Assembly (NCBI GenBank): GCA_965224085.1
Contig: CBDCYI010000005.1
Coordinates: forward strand, 960,001 to 1,024,000
Origin: Candidatus Marinacidobacterales bacterium
GTDB lineage: Bacteria; Acidobacteriota; Vicinamibacteria; Marinacidobacterales; SMYC01
Length of the DNA stretch: 64,000 nucleotides
Reading direction: 5' to 3'
Each line of letters opens with the position of its first letter. The first letter of the stretch is position 1. Under the pieces are notes generated by a model. That model made no database searches and was not told where the DNA came from. It saw nothing but the letters and a program-made list of their open reading frames with translations. The position numbers and the translations under genes were made by a program. Positions 39,237 to 50,273 of the stretch are shown here, one piece after another.

Positions 39237-39315
39237 ACGGTCTGGTTGTTTTAGAGGTTCTGTTATAAACATAGCAAACCCAGAGGAGCTCGGTCATCTG
39301 CTAGGATCTCGAGCG

Positions 39316-40296
39316 ATGCAGTATCGATCACTAGGCCGCACCGGCCTGCAGGTGTCGCGCCTCGGCCTCGGATGCGGGAACTTCGGCGGCATCGGGTCGG
39401 ACTCGCGCTTTTTCGGTGCGGGAGAAAGCGAGCAGGATGCGTTCCGGCTCATGGACCGCGCGCTCGAGCTCGGCATCAATTTCTTCGACACGGCCGACGC
39501 CTATGGCGGCGGTGCAAGCGAGACGTTCATTGGGCGCTGGAGGAAAACAAAGGACGCGAGCGTTTGTGACCAGCTTCTGTTGAGCTCGAAAGTGTTCAAC
39601 CCCGTCGGGGATGGGCCGAATGACCGCGGTTTGTCGCGCCGCCACATTAAGCGCCAGGTCGAAGCGAGCTTGACACGGCTCGGCGCCGAGCGGCTCGACC
39701 TCTATCTCGTGCACGAGCCCGACCCCGAGACACCGCTCGAAGAGACGCTCGACGCGCTCGGCGATCTCGTCCACCAAGGCAAAGTGCACTATATCGGTGC
39801 GAGCAACTTCGAAGCGTGGAGGCTCACTCGGGCGCTATGGCTGAGCGACAAACACGGGCTCCCCCGCTTCGAGTGGATCCAGAACGACTACAGCTTGCTC
39901 TCGCGGCAACAGGAGCTCGAAATGCTTCCGCTATACGCGGACCAAGGGCTCGGGTTCACACCGTTCAGCCCGCTCGCCGGAGGGTGGCTCACGGGAAAGT
40001 ACCGCAATCCCGAAGACTATCCCGAAGGCTCGCGGATGACACTTCGACCGGAGCCCTACGAGCATCTGGTGAACGAGAAGATCTTTTCCTCTCTGCGACG
40101 CTTTCGCAAGACCGCGGAGGATCGCGGAGTGTCGATGGGCTCACTCGCCATGGCTTGGGTGCTCGAAAACCCGCTCACAACGGCCATCATCACCGGCCCA
40201 CGCCGGCCGGAGCATCTCGATATGGCAGAAGCGGCTCTCGAGGTCGAGCTCTCGGAAGACGAGCGCGCCACGCTCACGTCAACGTTCGAGCGCTAG
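39316..40296 (+). CDS. Aldo/keto reductase
   Basis: GINFFDTADAYG, LDLYLVH, YIGASNF, PFSPLAGGWLTGKY. Confidence 0.95.
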   Translation: MQYRSLGRTGLQVSRLGLGCGNFGGIGSDSRFFGAGESEQDAFRLMDRALELGINFFDTADAYGGGASETFIGRWRKTKDASVCDQLLLSSKVFNPVGDGPNDRGLSRRHIKRQVEASLTRLGAERLDLYLVHEPDPETPLEETLDALGDLVHQGKVHYIGASNFEAWRLTRALWLSDKHGLPRFEWIQNDYSLLSRQQELEMLPLYADQGLGFTPFSPLAGGWLTGKYRNPEDYPEGSRMTLRPEPYEHLVNEKIFSSLRRFRKTAEDRGVSMGSLAMAWVLENPLTTAIITGPRRPEHLDMAEAALEVELSEDERATLTSTFER

Positions 40297-40560
40297 TGCG
40301 TGGCACGCGGGACAGCTCAACCGGTTCGCCGATGCGGCAGTCAGGACAACGCATCGTCGGACGGCTCGGGCCCCAGCTCGATGGACCTTCGACGACCAGA
40401 GGCTAGCCCTTCATACGCCAAGCTTCGTACAAAGCGAAACCTATAATAAGGATACCGATCACGTTCTCGACGCCCCCAAGGAATGGCGTGGCCATCGCCA
40501 CGAGGCCAATGACGGCGACGACGAGCACATAGGTGCCGACCGTCAGGTCCTAACGGCCCC

Positions 40561-41985
40561 TCAAGTCCGGTCGAGACGCCGCCCAATCTCCACGATCCGA
40601 TCCACCGTCTCTCGAAGGTCGTCGTCGGTCGTGCGCGGGTTGATGGTGCACATGCGGAGCACGACCTTACCGTTTAGCTCCGTCGAGCTCGTGAGGCAGA
40701 AGCTGTCGACGATGACCGCTTTCGAAAGCTCGAGGTTGAACGCATTCAAGTTATCGCTCGACTTGGCGAGGTAGCGAAAGCTGACGACTCCGAGCTCGGC
40801 CGCCGAGACCACTTCGAGCTCTTCGTGGCCACGCGCGTACGTCTCCGCCTTCTCCGCTGCGCGAAGCCCACGCTCGATGGCGGCCCGGATATGGTCGAGC
40901 CCGAAGAGTTGGATCGTCATCCACAGCTTCAGCGCACGAAACTGCCGCGTCAGCTGAAAGCCGAGGTCAGAAAAATTAACCTCTCCTTCCCCCGCTTTCA
41001 CGTCCTGGAGATATTCGGGATGAGCTTCGAGGTGCTTCGTCAGAAGCTCGCCGTCGCGTAGGAGCACGCAGCCGATCTCGTAGGGCTGGAAGAGCCACTT
41101 GTGTGGATCAAGCGAGAGCGAGTCGACGCCGCCGAGGCCTTCGAGCCGAAAGCGGTAGGTCGGTGACAGCACGGCCACGGCTCCATAGGCGCCGTCGGCG
41201 TGCAACCAGAGGTCTTCGCGACGACAGAGCTTGGAAAGCTCTGGCAGAGGATCCACGGCGCCAGTATTCGTCGTTCCCGCATTGGCGACGACGCAAAACG
41301 GTCTCTTGCCGTCGGCGCGGTCCGCGGCGATGGCTTTTTGGAGCGCTTCGAGAGACAGACGGTAGCGGCTGTCGCTCTCGATGCGACGAACTTGCCCCGC
41401 GGTGAAGCCGAGGATACGAAAGGCACGCTCCATCGACGAATGCGTCTGGTCCGAATAATAGGCGACACCTGAAGCGGGCCCATCGGAAAATTTCTCCTGA
41501 CGTGCGATCATGAGCGACGTCAAGTTGGCGGCCGAGCCTCCGCTCACGAACAAACCTCGAGCCGAGCCCGGAAAATCGCAAAGCTCCTTGAGCCAATCGA
41601 TCGTGACGATCTCGATCTGCGCCGGGCCCGCAGCTTCGAGCCACGTGCCCGCAAAAACGTTGAAGCCCGCGGCGAGGAAATCAGCGAGCGCGCCGACATA
41701 ATTGCTCGGGCCGGGGACGAAACCAAAATTTCTAGGGTGGTCGGAATGGATCATGTTCTCGAGGACGACGTCGCGGACTAGCTCGAGAACCTCCTCCGGT
41801 GCTCGCGGCCTCGCGGGCGGAGGCTCCCGGAGCGCCGCTTCGAGCTCCGCTCTCGAGCCAGTCAAGCTGACCGGACGCTCGGCGAGGGTCGCGAGGTTCT
41901 CCGCCACGATGTCCACGACCCGATAGCCCATCTCCCGCATCGACTCCGCCGAAAGCGCGAGCGTATCGTCCACGTCCCACTTCAT
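40561..41985 (-). CDS. Group II PLP decarboxylase (aromatic L-amino acid/glutamate decarboxylase family)
   Basis: SGGSAANL, GTTNTGAVDPL, WLHADGAYG, DPHKWLFQPY, RALKLW. Confidence 0.92.
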   Translation of the reverse strand: MKWDVDDTLALSAESMREMGYRVVDIVAENLATLAERPVSLTGSRAELEAALREPPPARPRAPEEVLELVRDVVLENMIHSDHPRNFGFVPGPSNYVGALADFLAAGFNVFAGTWLEAAGPAQIEIVTIDWLKELCDFPGSARGLFVSGGSAANLTSLMIARQEKFSDGPASGVAYYSDQTHSSMERAFRILGFTAGQVRRIESDSRYRLSLEALQKAIAADRADGKRPFCVVANAGTTNTGAVDPLPELSKLCRREDLWLHADGAYGAVAVLSPTYRFRLEGLGGVDSLSLDPHKWLFQPYEIGCVLLRDGELLTKHLEAHPEYLQDVKAGEGEVNFSDLGFQLTRQFRALKLWMTIQLFGLDHIRAAIERGLRAAEKAETYARGHEELEVVSAAELGVVSFRYLAKSSDNLNAFNLELSKAVIVDSFCLTSSTELNGKVVLRMCTINPRTTDDDLRETVDRIVEIGRRLDRT

Positions 41986-42476
41986 TTTTCCCCTCGTCTC
42001 GTCCAAAGAGCGGCCTCCTTCTCGTCCACCAATCCTTCGGCTCGAAGCCACGATAGCGCGTCCTCAGCGTCCTCGTCGAACCAGTTTTTTGTCGAGCCCA
42101 AGCGAAAACTGTAACCCCAGCTATCCATATCGCGAAACATTCGATCGCGACCCATCTTCGGAAGGTGATCGGACAAGAGTACCTGGAGATAACACACCGC
42201 GCTTTCTTCGACATCGTCGCCGCCCGCGTCGCGCTCGAGACAGGCGCGGCGAGATGGGCTCATGCACACGAAATGCGACGCTTCGTGCAGCACCGAGTGG
42301 ATCGGCGTGTCGGACCGCGCGTAAAGCTGATCCTCGACGAGACCCGCTTCGCTATCGCCCCAATAGCTTCCCGGAATCGCGTGCTCGGCGGGAACATGGT
42401 TCAGCTTCAACCCGTAGCGCGAGAGCAGCTGTCCGAGCTTCGCCTCGTCGACTTCTTCGAATAGCAGAACACGCAC
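41982..42476 (-). CDS. Conserved hypothetical HEXXH protein
   Basis: IPGSYWGDSEAG, SVLHEASH, EESAVCYLQ; ATGA-coupled to the decarboxylase. Confidence 0.7.
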   Translation of the reverse strand: MRVLLFEEVDEAKLGQLLSRYGLKLNHVPAEHAIPGSYWGDSEAGLVEDQLYARSDTPIHSVLHEASHFVCMSPSRRACLERDAGGDDVEESAVCYLQVLLSDHLPKMGRDRMFRDMDSWGYSFRLGSTKNWFDEDAEDALSWLRAEGLVDEKEAALWTRRGEK

Positions 42477-42502
42477 CCAACGGTTTGTAGGATAATCCGA
42501 AT

Positions 42503-43282
42503 ATGACGGCCAGCACAGAAGACGAGCTCGATAGAGTCGTTTCTTATTTGAGAGACGCTAAGAGCGTTCTCTTCATCACTGGGGCCGGGATCTCGGCCGA
42601 TTCGGGCCTCCCTACTTATCGCGGCATCGGCGGTCTCTACGAAGACGCCGATACGCCGGAAGGCATCTCCATCGAAGAAGCGCTCTCCGGCGCGATGATG
42701 GAGACGAGACCCGCGCTCACTTGGAGGCACATCCGTCAGATCGAAGCCGCGTGTCGCGGCGCAAGCTTCAATCGAGCCCACGAAATGCTCGCGGAGGCAG
42801 AGCATCGCTACGAACGCACCTGGGTCCTGACGCAGAACGTCGACGGCTTCCACCGGAAAGCCGGCTCTCGTAACGTCATTGATATCCACGGCGACATCCA
42901 TAGCCTTTCCTGCACCGCGTGCGATTATCGGACCACCGTCGACGATTACGGTGGACTTTCGCCGCTTCCCTCCTGCCCCGAATGCAGCGCGCATCTGTGT
43001 CCCGACGTCGTGCTCTTCGGAGAGCTTCTTCCCCTTCGTAAGGTCGAGCTCATGCAAGCGGAGATCGAGAAGGGCTTCGACGTGGTCTTTTCGATCGGGA
43101 CGACGAGCGTCTTTCCCTACATCGCCCGCCCGGTCCTTCTAGCAAAGCACAATGGCAAGCCCACGGTGGAAATCAACCCGGGCGTCACACTGCTGTCTAG
43201 CGAGGTCGACGTGCGACTTCCGCTCGGCGCGGTCGAAGCCTGTGAAGCGCTCTGGACGCGTTTGACACAAAGCGATAGTTGA
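42503..43282 (+). CDS. cobB: NAD-dependent protein deacylase (sirtuin)
   Basis: TGAGISADSGLPTYRG, TQNVDGFH, IHG, CxxC..CxxC, PDVVLFGE, IGTTS. Confidence 0.9.
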   Translation: MTASTEDELDRVVSYLRDAKSVLFITGAGISADSGLPTYRGIGGLYEDADTPEGISIEEALSGAMMETRPALTWRHIRQIEAACRGASFNRAHEMLAEAEHRYERTWVLTQNVDGFHRKAGSRNVIDIHGDIHSLSCTACDYRTTVDDYGGLSPLPSCPECSAHLCPDVVLFGELLPLRKVELMQAEIEKGFDVVFSIGTTSVFPYIARPVLLAKHNGKPTVEINPGVTLLSSEVDVRLPLGAVEACEALWTRLTQSDS

Positions 43283-43349
43283 CCCTTTTTCGGCGGCACA
43301 CGTTTTTCGTGCAACGCTAGCAGGCCTAGAACCGCCTTGTTTTTGAACC

Positions 43350-43923
43350 ATGAGCATGCCCGAACTCGCTGAAGCACATGCACATGCAGACGTAAAGCTA
43401 GTCGAAAGAAAGCTTTCCGTGGACTTGTATAGCTTCGGCGAGCTTGACCGCCGTTATTACCATCGCGTCGTGCAAGTCGTTCTTGGAGTCGTCAGAGACA
43501 GGATTTTGGCAGAAGACATGGTACAGGACCTATGTAGCCGCACTGAAGGAGCTTCCCCGGCTGAGGGAGCCCGAGCGCTTTTTATCCTTGGCTTTGCCGA
43601 ATCGCGGTCAACCGCGCGATCGAGGACCGGCGCAGAGTGAGCCGGCGAGCCCGCATCGACCATGAGCAGAGGCCCATAGACATAGCACCTGCCGTAGCGG
43701 AAACGAGCTTGTTGCGAGCGGAGAGCGCCGTAGCGGTGAAAGCTGCCCTCAAGCGTCTGCCCGAAGGCCAGCGCGCGGCGGGACGATGCGATTTTTCGAC
43801 GAGCTCCCGATGCGGGCCATTGCCAAAACGCTCGGCTGCAACGAAGTCACGGCGCGCACGCAAGTATTTCGCGGTATTCGCAAGCTCGGAGTTTTCTTGA
43901 AAGCCCGAAAGGGAGTCACATGA
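43350..43923 (+). pseudogene. ECF sigma factor, multiply frameshifted
   Basis: RDRILAEDMVQD, LREPERFLSW..IAVN, ALKRLPEGQR, IAKTLGCNEVTARTQVFRG across frames. Confidence 0.75.
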
Positions 43924-43959
43924 TGAAACCAGCACCTAGTACAGCAAGAGCGAGGCAGG

Positions 43960-44615
43960 GAGGTACGGAGACGTCATCGCGGAGATCGACTGGAGCGTCG
44001 GGCAGATTCTCTCGAAGCTTCAGGAGCTAGATCTCGATTGACGCACGCTCGTGGTCTTCACGAGCGATATCGGTCCGTGGCTTCTCTTTCGAACGCATGG
44101 CGGCTCCGCCGGGCTTTTGAACCAAGGCAAAGGTACGACGTGGGAAGGCGGGATGCGCGTTCCGGCGATTTTCTGTTGGCCTGGCACGATCGCTCGCGGC
44201 CCGGTCGCAGCGCTCGGCACGACGATGGACGTCTTTCGGACGGCGGTGGAGCTCACCGGCGGCGACGTGCCCGCGGATCGCGCCATCGATGGTCTCGACT
44301 TGAGCGCGCTCTTGCGCGGGACCGGCGAGAGCCCGCGAGACGTCCGACCGTTTTACCGCTTCGACGAGCTCTACGCACTCCGCAAAAGGGTGGTTCAAAG
44401 CCCACTTCATCACGCAAGGTGAGTATGGGATAGGGCCCGACCGCACGGTGCACGCACCTCCATTGCTCTATCACCTAGGAGAAGATCCGGGCGAGCGATT
44501 CGATGTCGCAGAGCAATATCCGGGCGTCGTGGCGGAGCTCGTGGCCGAGGCCGAGCGGCTCGTCGGCAGCACGGAGGTGGCGCCCTCCATTTTCGACCTA
44601 CGCCCGCCGGAGTGA
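43960..44615 (+). pseudogene. Arylsulfatase C-terminal half with stop and frameshift
   Basis: [52 protein letters not shown]. Confidence 0.8.
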
Positions 44616-44623
44616 GCTAACCA

Positions 44624-44765
44624 TTACTCTGTGCGGAGAGCGCGGACAGGGTCGATGCGGCTCGCGCGGAGTGCCGGCACGAAAGCGGCCAGCGCGGCGA
44701 CCGCAAAAAGAGTAAAGGGCATCGCGGTGAACGCTACGAAGGCTGGCTCGCTCGTAGGCAACATC
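44624..44765 (-). pseudogene. C-terminal stub of an ADOP-type permease
   Basis: FAVAALAAFVPALRASRIDPVRALRTE*. Confidence 0.65.
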
Positions 44766-44767
44766 GA

Positions 44768-45622
44768 TTACAGCCTGTTGCCGCGCTTCGGTAGCTCCTG
44801 GCTCTTCTCGTCGCGCGGCGTGTAGGAGCCAATACCGGTCTTGGTGCGTGCATCGTAGATCATCCGCTTCACTTTGACGAACGGCAGCATACCGGCGAAG
44901 TCGAGACCTTTCGCCTTCATGAAATCGTGCAGCACTTGATCGGCGAAAGGTGAAACGAGGCCATCCACGTGAATGCGAAAGGTGCCGTCGTAATGCGGAT
45001 GCTTCTCGAAGAACTCGAGCAGCTTATCGCCCTCGACGAGCCCGTTCAGTTTGCCAACGAAGGCGGCCCGGAGGTTCTGAGGAACCACCTGAAGCGGACG
45101 CTCGAAGATGGGCGCTTGCAAATAGTGAATACCGTTCTCTTCGAAGATCGCTTTTTCTCGGAGACGCTCGTCCACCGTAGGAAGGAGTAACGTAAACGTC
45201 TTTCCTTCGTCCGAGCGGGAATAAGCATTGAGCGCCGTCTTGATGCCGTCCATCGAGCATGACTTTGCCGCGCCTGGAGGACCTAGAAGAATCCAGAGGC
45301 GTTTCGATGCCTCTAGACCGCGCGAGGCGTTGTCGATCTTCTCGACGAGGTTCGCTTTCGCCTTCTGCTGGCCGAAGACGACATACATCCCCACGAGAGC
45401 GTCGTCCTCGAAGAACTCGTATCGATGCTTGATCGGCTTTCCTGGAACGATAGTGCGCTCCACGCCGCTTGACAGCAACATGTCGTGCAGCAGCTGAAAC
45501 GTATTGCGTGTGATCCAAGGTTCAGTCTTGACGAGCTCCAGATAGTCGGAAAAGGAAAGAATTTCTTCCTCCGGAGCCGGACCACCGGAGGTTTCGAGAA
45601 TGTCTTTCAGCGCCGTCAGCAT
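44768..45622 (-). pseudogene. PrkA/YeaG-like serine kinase, N-terminal half only
   Basis: LSFSDYLELVK..P, LLGPPGAAKS Walker A variant, GIGSYTPRDEKSQ then truncation. Confidence 0.75.
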
Positions 45623-45723
45623 CTTTGTCCTCCAGACCGAGGGGATTGTCGGTGGATTTCGCTTTCCTGTTTCCAGTGTAGACCACACGTCCGCAGATTC
45701 GCCGTGGAGGGCGCAAACCTAAC

Positions 45724-47662
45724 CGGCACTTCCACAGATGAACAAGCGTAAGTGTTGGCATCATTAGTCTTGTTTTTTAAGAGAGGCGTGTGTACTGCTT
45801 ACATCGTGCGGGGATTGATTCCGAGGAGGTTGAATGCTTTGTGCTGCAAGGGTGTAGGGCGAGTAACGCTGACGAAGGACAGGCCGCGGGCGTCGTTTTC
45901 GACTTGATTTTTCGTGACCGTAGCAAGATCAGAAAGAAGCGTTCTGAAACTGTGGACGGGCAACCCATCGGGAGACTTCTTGGTAGAAGCCTTTGCCTGG
46001 GCGGAGTCTGAAGACGTTGCTGGGCTGACGATGGATGAGCGTTTGGCTTGGGCACCGTCAGTGTCGTCGTCGTCAAACAAGATCGGGGCGAGGGCTTTTC
46101 GCATGTGCCATTCCACGTAGTAGGCGAGCATGCAAAGAAAGATGTGAGCTCGAACTCGCTCAGCGTTGTAGTGATAGATGGGCTGTACTTTCAAATCCAC
46201 GGTTTTGCAGCAACGAAAAGCGCGTTCAACGACTGCCAAGCCTTTGTAGGTCTTGACAGCTTCGTCTGCGGAGATGGCCTCTTCGGTGAGGCTTGTACGA
46301 ATGATATAGATACCGTCGAGGGTCGCCTCACGCTCGATGTTATCGTTGTCGCGCTCGAAGTCGAAGCTGTCGTCCGTAATGGTGTAGCGAAAGTGCTTGC
46401 CCATCTTGCTCCGAGCGAACACTCGACCCAATCGTATGCCGATGGTATCTTTGCCTCGCAAAGGACGCTGGTCTCGCTTCGTCGCTTTGCGAATCACTTC
46501 TAGCTTCGACTCCGTCGACACAAGCATCTCTTCCCGTTTCCGTGCCCGCTCGGCAGCAAGAAGAGGGTTGCGACAAGCAATGAGTCGCTCACCAGGAAAG
46601 TTAGGATGATGGATCTCCGCTAGGTCGACCTCATCGAACAGAGAAGGCTGTAGCATTCCGTCTTTTGCAAGTCGCTGAATCTGCGGGGCACGAAGTGAGC
46701 TGATCCACTCGAGACCTTCCTCTGGTCGAAGTTCCTCGCGAATCCGAGCTTCGGTGATCATCCCTCGGTCACCTACGAAGACGATATTGTCAAGCTCAAA
46801 ACGTTCTCGGACTTTGCGAATTTGGCTCCCCAGTGTTGCGGGATCTCCGGTGTTGCCTTCGAACACCTCTACCCCGACCGGCCGACCATTACGCTCACAC
46901 AGTAAGCCGAACACGATCTGCAGTTTGTTTTTCTTGCCGTCTCTCGAGTAACCGAGCTTCGCCAGAGGGCACGACCGACCTTCCACCCAAGTCGACGTCA
47001 AGTCGTAGAGAACCAAGCTGCCCTGCTGCAGATGGCGTTTCGCCAGTTTCTTCTCTATGGCAGCTTGGCGGCTCAAAAGCCAATCCAGGGCCTCATACAA
47101 CTCATCCTCGTTGGAGTCTTCAACTCCAACACACTCACCCAAAGACGAAGTCAAGGTCTGTTTCGATAGACCACGGGCCGTGGCCAACTTGGAGCCCGGC
47201 TCTACGATTCGCGCCACAATCATCGCCACCACGAGGTCACGCTCTCGGCGCTGGCGGCTATGGATGATTCGCTCGAGGCCAACTTTGCGCAGCGTTCCCA
47301 GCACGGCCGCAACATGTCCGTGAGGTTTGCTTCTGGTGATCTCGAATTGCTGAGCCTCACCCAAATCCACGTTGCCCTTCAGCAACTGGCGAAGAGCTTC
47401 AATTCGAGCGGGCTTCCACTTCGAGATGTTGGCGACGGTCCTCGTTTTGGGCTTACCGCCTTCGCGGTAGCTTTCGCGAATGAGAATCGCTGGGGGCGAG
47501 TTACGGTTCGGCACCTTGGCGATGTACATGCGCCGACTATACAGGATCTAATCAGCATTATCAACCATACCGTTATTATTACATGCGTACTGATTACACT
47601 TAGAACGGCCACATCTGCTTTAAACGTACGGGTTTACATGCGTCTAGCCGGCGGAAGCTCCG
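45724..47662 (-). mobile_element. IS1634-family element, apparently intact
   Basis: IRs CGGCACTTCC / GGAAGCTCCG (8/10) and 6-bp duplication CCTAAC at 45718 and 47663. Confidence 0.88.
45799..47529 (-). CDS. IS1634-family DDE transposase
   Basis: RESYREGGK, LYDLTS, GYSRDGK, VGDRGM, YKGLAVVERAFR, RVRAHIFLCMLAY. Confidence 0.93.
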   Translation of the reverse strand: MYIAKVPNRNSPPAILIRESYREGGKPKTRTVANISKWKPARIEALRQLLKGNVDLGEAQQFEITRSKPHGHVAAVLGTLRKVGLERIIHSRQRRERDLVVAMIVARIVEPGSKLATARGLSKQTLTSSLGECVGVEDSNEDELYEALDWLLSRQAAIEKKLAKRHLQQGSLVLYDLTSTWVEGRSCPLAKLGYSRDGKKNKLQIVFGLLCERNGRPVGVEVFEGNTGDPATLGSQIRKVRERFELDNIVFVGDRGMITEARIREELRPEEGLEWISSLRAPQIQRLAKDGMLQPSLFDEVDLAEIHHPNFPGERLIACRNPLLAAERARKREEMLVSTESKLEVIRKATKRDQRPLRGKDTIGIRLGRVFARSKMGKHFRYTITDDSFDFERDNDNIEREATLDGIYIIRTSLTEEAISADEAVKTYKGLAVVERAFRCCKTVDLKVQPIYHYNAERVRAHIFLCMLAYYVEWHMRKALAPILFDDDDTDGAQAKRSSIVSPATSSDSAQAKASTKKSPDGLPVHSFRTLLSDLATVTKNQVENDARGLSFVSVTRPTPLQHKAFNLLGINPRTM

Positions 47663-48247
47663 CCTAACGGTCGGTAGCGGCAGTTCCGGCCTACACTGGT
47701 CCGAGCCAGGCATAAGCGATCGCCTCAAAGAGTTTTGGGGTTGTCGTTAAGGTCTCTCCATATTGTAGCCTACTGATCAACCATCAGCGAGTGAGAGTTC
47801 AAGAGTCATCGCCTCTTCGCGTCGCCATTGCCATGCGATTTGAAGCAAAGGACGGCGTCGTACCCCGGATCGGTGCGTAGCAGCAGCCCCGTACGCCAGA
47901 GAGAGGGTTTTCTCGCACCGATTAATAGCGGTTTGCAGGAATCGAGCGAAGCACGGCGTTACGCGAGGCACGATGCTTGTAGAGCGAGCATTCGTGCAAA
48001 CCGTAATTGAACTAAGCCGCCCAGCTAGCGGCAACTATGCATAAATTGGAGTGAGAAGACGGTCGGACAGGAAGTCGGAGTTGGACGTCAGGGAGTTGCG
48101 AATCGACAGAGATATGGCGGGGAAGATAGAAGAAGGGCCTACCCGGTGCGGTAACCACCACGGTAGCGTTATGAGTTCGCGACGAGACACACGAGTCCGT
48201 TTCAACGACCGGTCGGCGTTGTGAGAGGCGGAGCGAAAGCATCGTGA

Positions 48248-49406
48248 TCATGACTCATCTGGAGGGGAGCGGATCTGGAGGTTGATCCGTCGAAGCTTCG
48301 TGGAGAGAGGGCATCGGAGCATGCGACCTTTCTTGCAGCGGGGACAGATGGTGAGGTCGATGCCGGTGAGCTCCTTGAGCCGCTCGCGCCAGTCCTTGTC
48401 CTCGGTGGCACGCGAGCTGACTTGCACGTCGTCGGCGTCGGTCGTGGGTTTTGTTTTCTCATCGAGCAACTGGCGCGCGACTACGAGCTTGGTGGTCGCA
48501 TTGGAGGAGGCCATTAAGCCGAAATGACGAATCTTGACGAAACCTTTCGGCAGTACGTGCAGGAGGAAACGGCGGATAAATTCCTCTGGGGGGACGGTAA
48601 CGGTATTACCATTCTTGGTGGCGAAGCAGACGCCGTAGTGGTCGTTTGCTGTAAACGACCCAATCGATGCGGTAGAGCTTGTCTTTCAGCTCCCGGAAGC
48701 GAGGTGGGTTTCTGAGGTGGGAAGCGTTTGCGCTCAACTCAAGCTCATCTTGGTCGTAAGCGAGCCTAAGGGCATCGAGAAACTTGCTGCGAAAAAGCCG
48801 CGACATGGCCTTGACGGGAAACAGAAAGCGAGGGTTTGCGGCGTTCCACAGCTGCTGAGGGTGGTTGAGCCCGCCCCCGGAGACGATGCAATGCAGGTGT
48901 GGATGGAACAGGAGCTTCCGGGTCCAGGTGTGCAGTACGGCGGTGAAGGCAAGTTGAGCTTCGAGCCGGCTTTGGCCGAACTCCAATAGAGTTCGCGAGG
49001 CGGCGCGAAACAGGAGGTTGAACATGAACTTGGGATTGTCTCGGGCGAGAGGCTTGAGTTGCTGCGGGAGGGTGAAAACGACGTGGAAATAGTGAGTCGG
49101 AAGAATCCTCTGAGCTCGCTGCTCCATCCACTTCGCCTGGGCTAGGCTCTGACACTTGGGACAGTGCCGATTGCGGCACGAGTTAAACGAAGGCGCCGCG
49201 TATCCGCAAGCGTTACACACGTCGAGATGGCCACCTAGCACCGCCGTGCGACAGTTCTCTATAGCCCACATCACCTTGCGCTGCTCGGCTGTCAGCGCAT
49301 GGGTTTGGCGAAAGCGTGGACCATGTTCGCGGAAGATTTCCGCGATCTCGAGCAGTGGCCGTGGTGGTGACTCGACGCGGGAAGGACACAGCCCATGGGG
49401 CTGCAT
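48248..49406 (-). pseudogene. IS91-family HUH Y2 transposase with frameshifting deletion
   Basis: CRT..LGG, SCRNRHCPKCQ, HVVFTLP, LHTW, HPHLHC (HUH), WVVYSKRP| then FIRRFLLHVLPKGFVKIRHFG; Y2 segment missing. Confidence 0.88.
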
Positions 49407-49412
49407 GATGAG

Positions 49413-50273
49413 CTAGCCGAGCTTTTTGCCCTTCTTCGTTCCCAGCAAATCGAGAGGGCTCTTGATGCGCCCCAAGTGCTTTGCTGTTACCTTTGTGTAA
49501 CGGGCCGTGGTCTGGATGGAGGCATGACCGAGCAGTTGCTGCACGGTACGAATGTCTTCACCCAGTTCGAGCATATGTGTGGCAAAACCGTGGCGCAGCG
49601 AATGAGGAGTGATACGTTTGGTGAGCCCCGCCTCAGCCACGGCCTTACGAAGAGCCCAGCGAACGCCATCGTCTGAGATGTGGGCACCAGGATTACGGCC
49701 GGGAAACAAGTACTCTCCGCGAGGGCGAGTGGTTTTCCAGTAGTAGCGCAGGAAGCTCAACAAACGTTCGCTGAGCGTGACATAGCGGGCCTTGGAGTTC
49801 TTGGCGTGACGAATGTGCAAGAGCATGCGTTTGGAGTCGATGTCGGAGTGCTTCAGACAGCACACCTCGGAAACGCGCAGCCCGGCGCCGTAGGCGCTCA
49901 TGAGAATCGCGCGGTGTTTGACGGAGTTAACGGAGTGAAGCAAACAATCGACCTCCTCGCCGCTCAAGATATCGGGTAACGTGCGAGGTTTCTTGGGCCA
50001 AGGAATCTTCGCCACCTCCTCCGGGCGGTTGAGTGTGGTTGCGTAGAGAAACTTGAGAGAGGCGACGTACATGTGGTGGCTGGCCGGAGAGGCCTTCTTC
50101 TCGTTAACGAGATGAATCAGATAATCGCGGGTCTCCGGCTCGCCCATCTCGGCGGGTGAGCGCATGTAATGTGCCGCGAAATGGCGCGCTCGCAGCAGAT
50201 ACTCCTCCTGCGTGGAGCGTGCGAACCCCTTCAGTTTCATGTCGGCAAGCATTTTTTCGCTAAGGCATCCCAT
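49413..50273 (-). CDS. Tyrosine recombinase/integrase associated with IS91-like transposase
   Basis: YGAGLRVSE, K, PHSLRHGFATH, LLGH, TTARY: full catalytic set. Confidence 0.93.
   Translation of the reverse strand: MGCLSEKMLADMKLKGFARSTQEEYLLRARHFAAHYMRSPAEMGEPETRDYLIHLVNEKKASPASHHMYVASLKFLYATTLNRPEEVAKIPWPKKPRTLPDILSGEEVDCLLHSVNSVKHRAILMSAYGAGLRVSEVCCLKHSDIDSKRMLLHIRHAKNSKARYVTLSERLLSFLRYYWKTTRPRGEYLFPGRNPGAHISDDGVRWALRKAVAEAGLTKRITPHSLRHGFATHMLELGEDIRTVQQLLGHASIQTTARYTKVTAKHLGRIKSPLDLLGTKKGKKLG

Noticed and set aside
40297-40560. Hydrophobic fragment that may be another permease remnant
   Set aside because: Too degraded to support a call
47663-47700. GTTAGG core suggesting an attC site targeted by IS1634
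   Set aside because: No matching inverse core or attC hairpin found and no IntI-type integrase; the motif is explained by the target duplication
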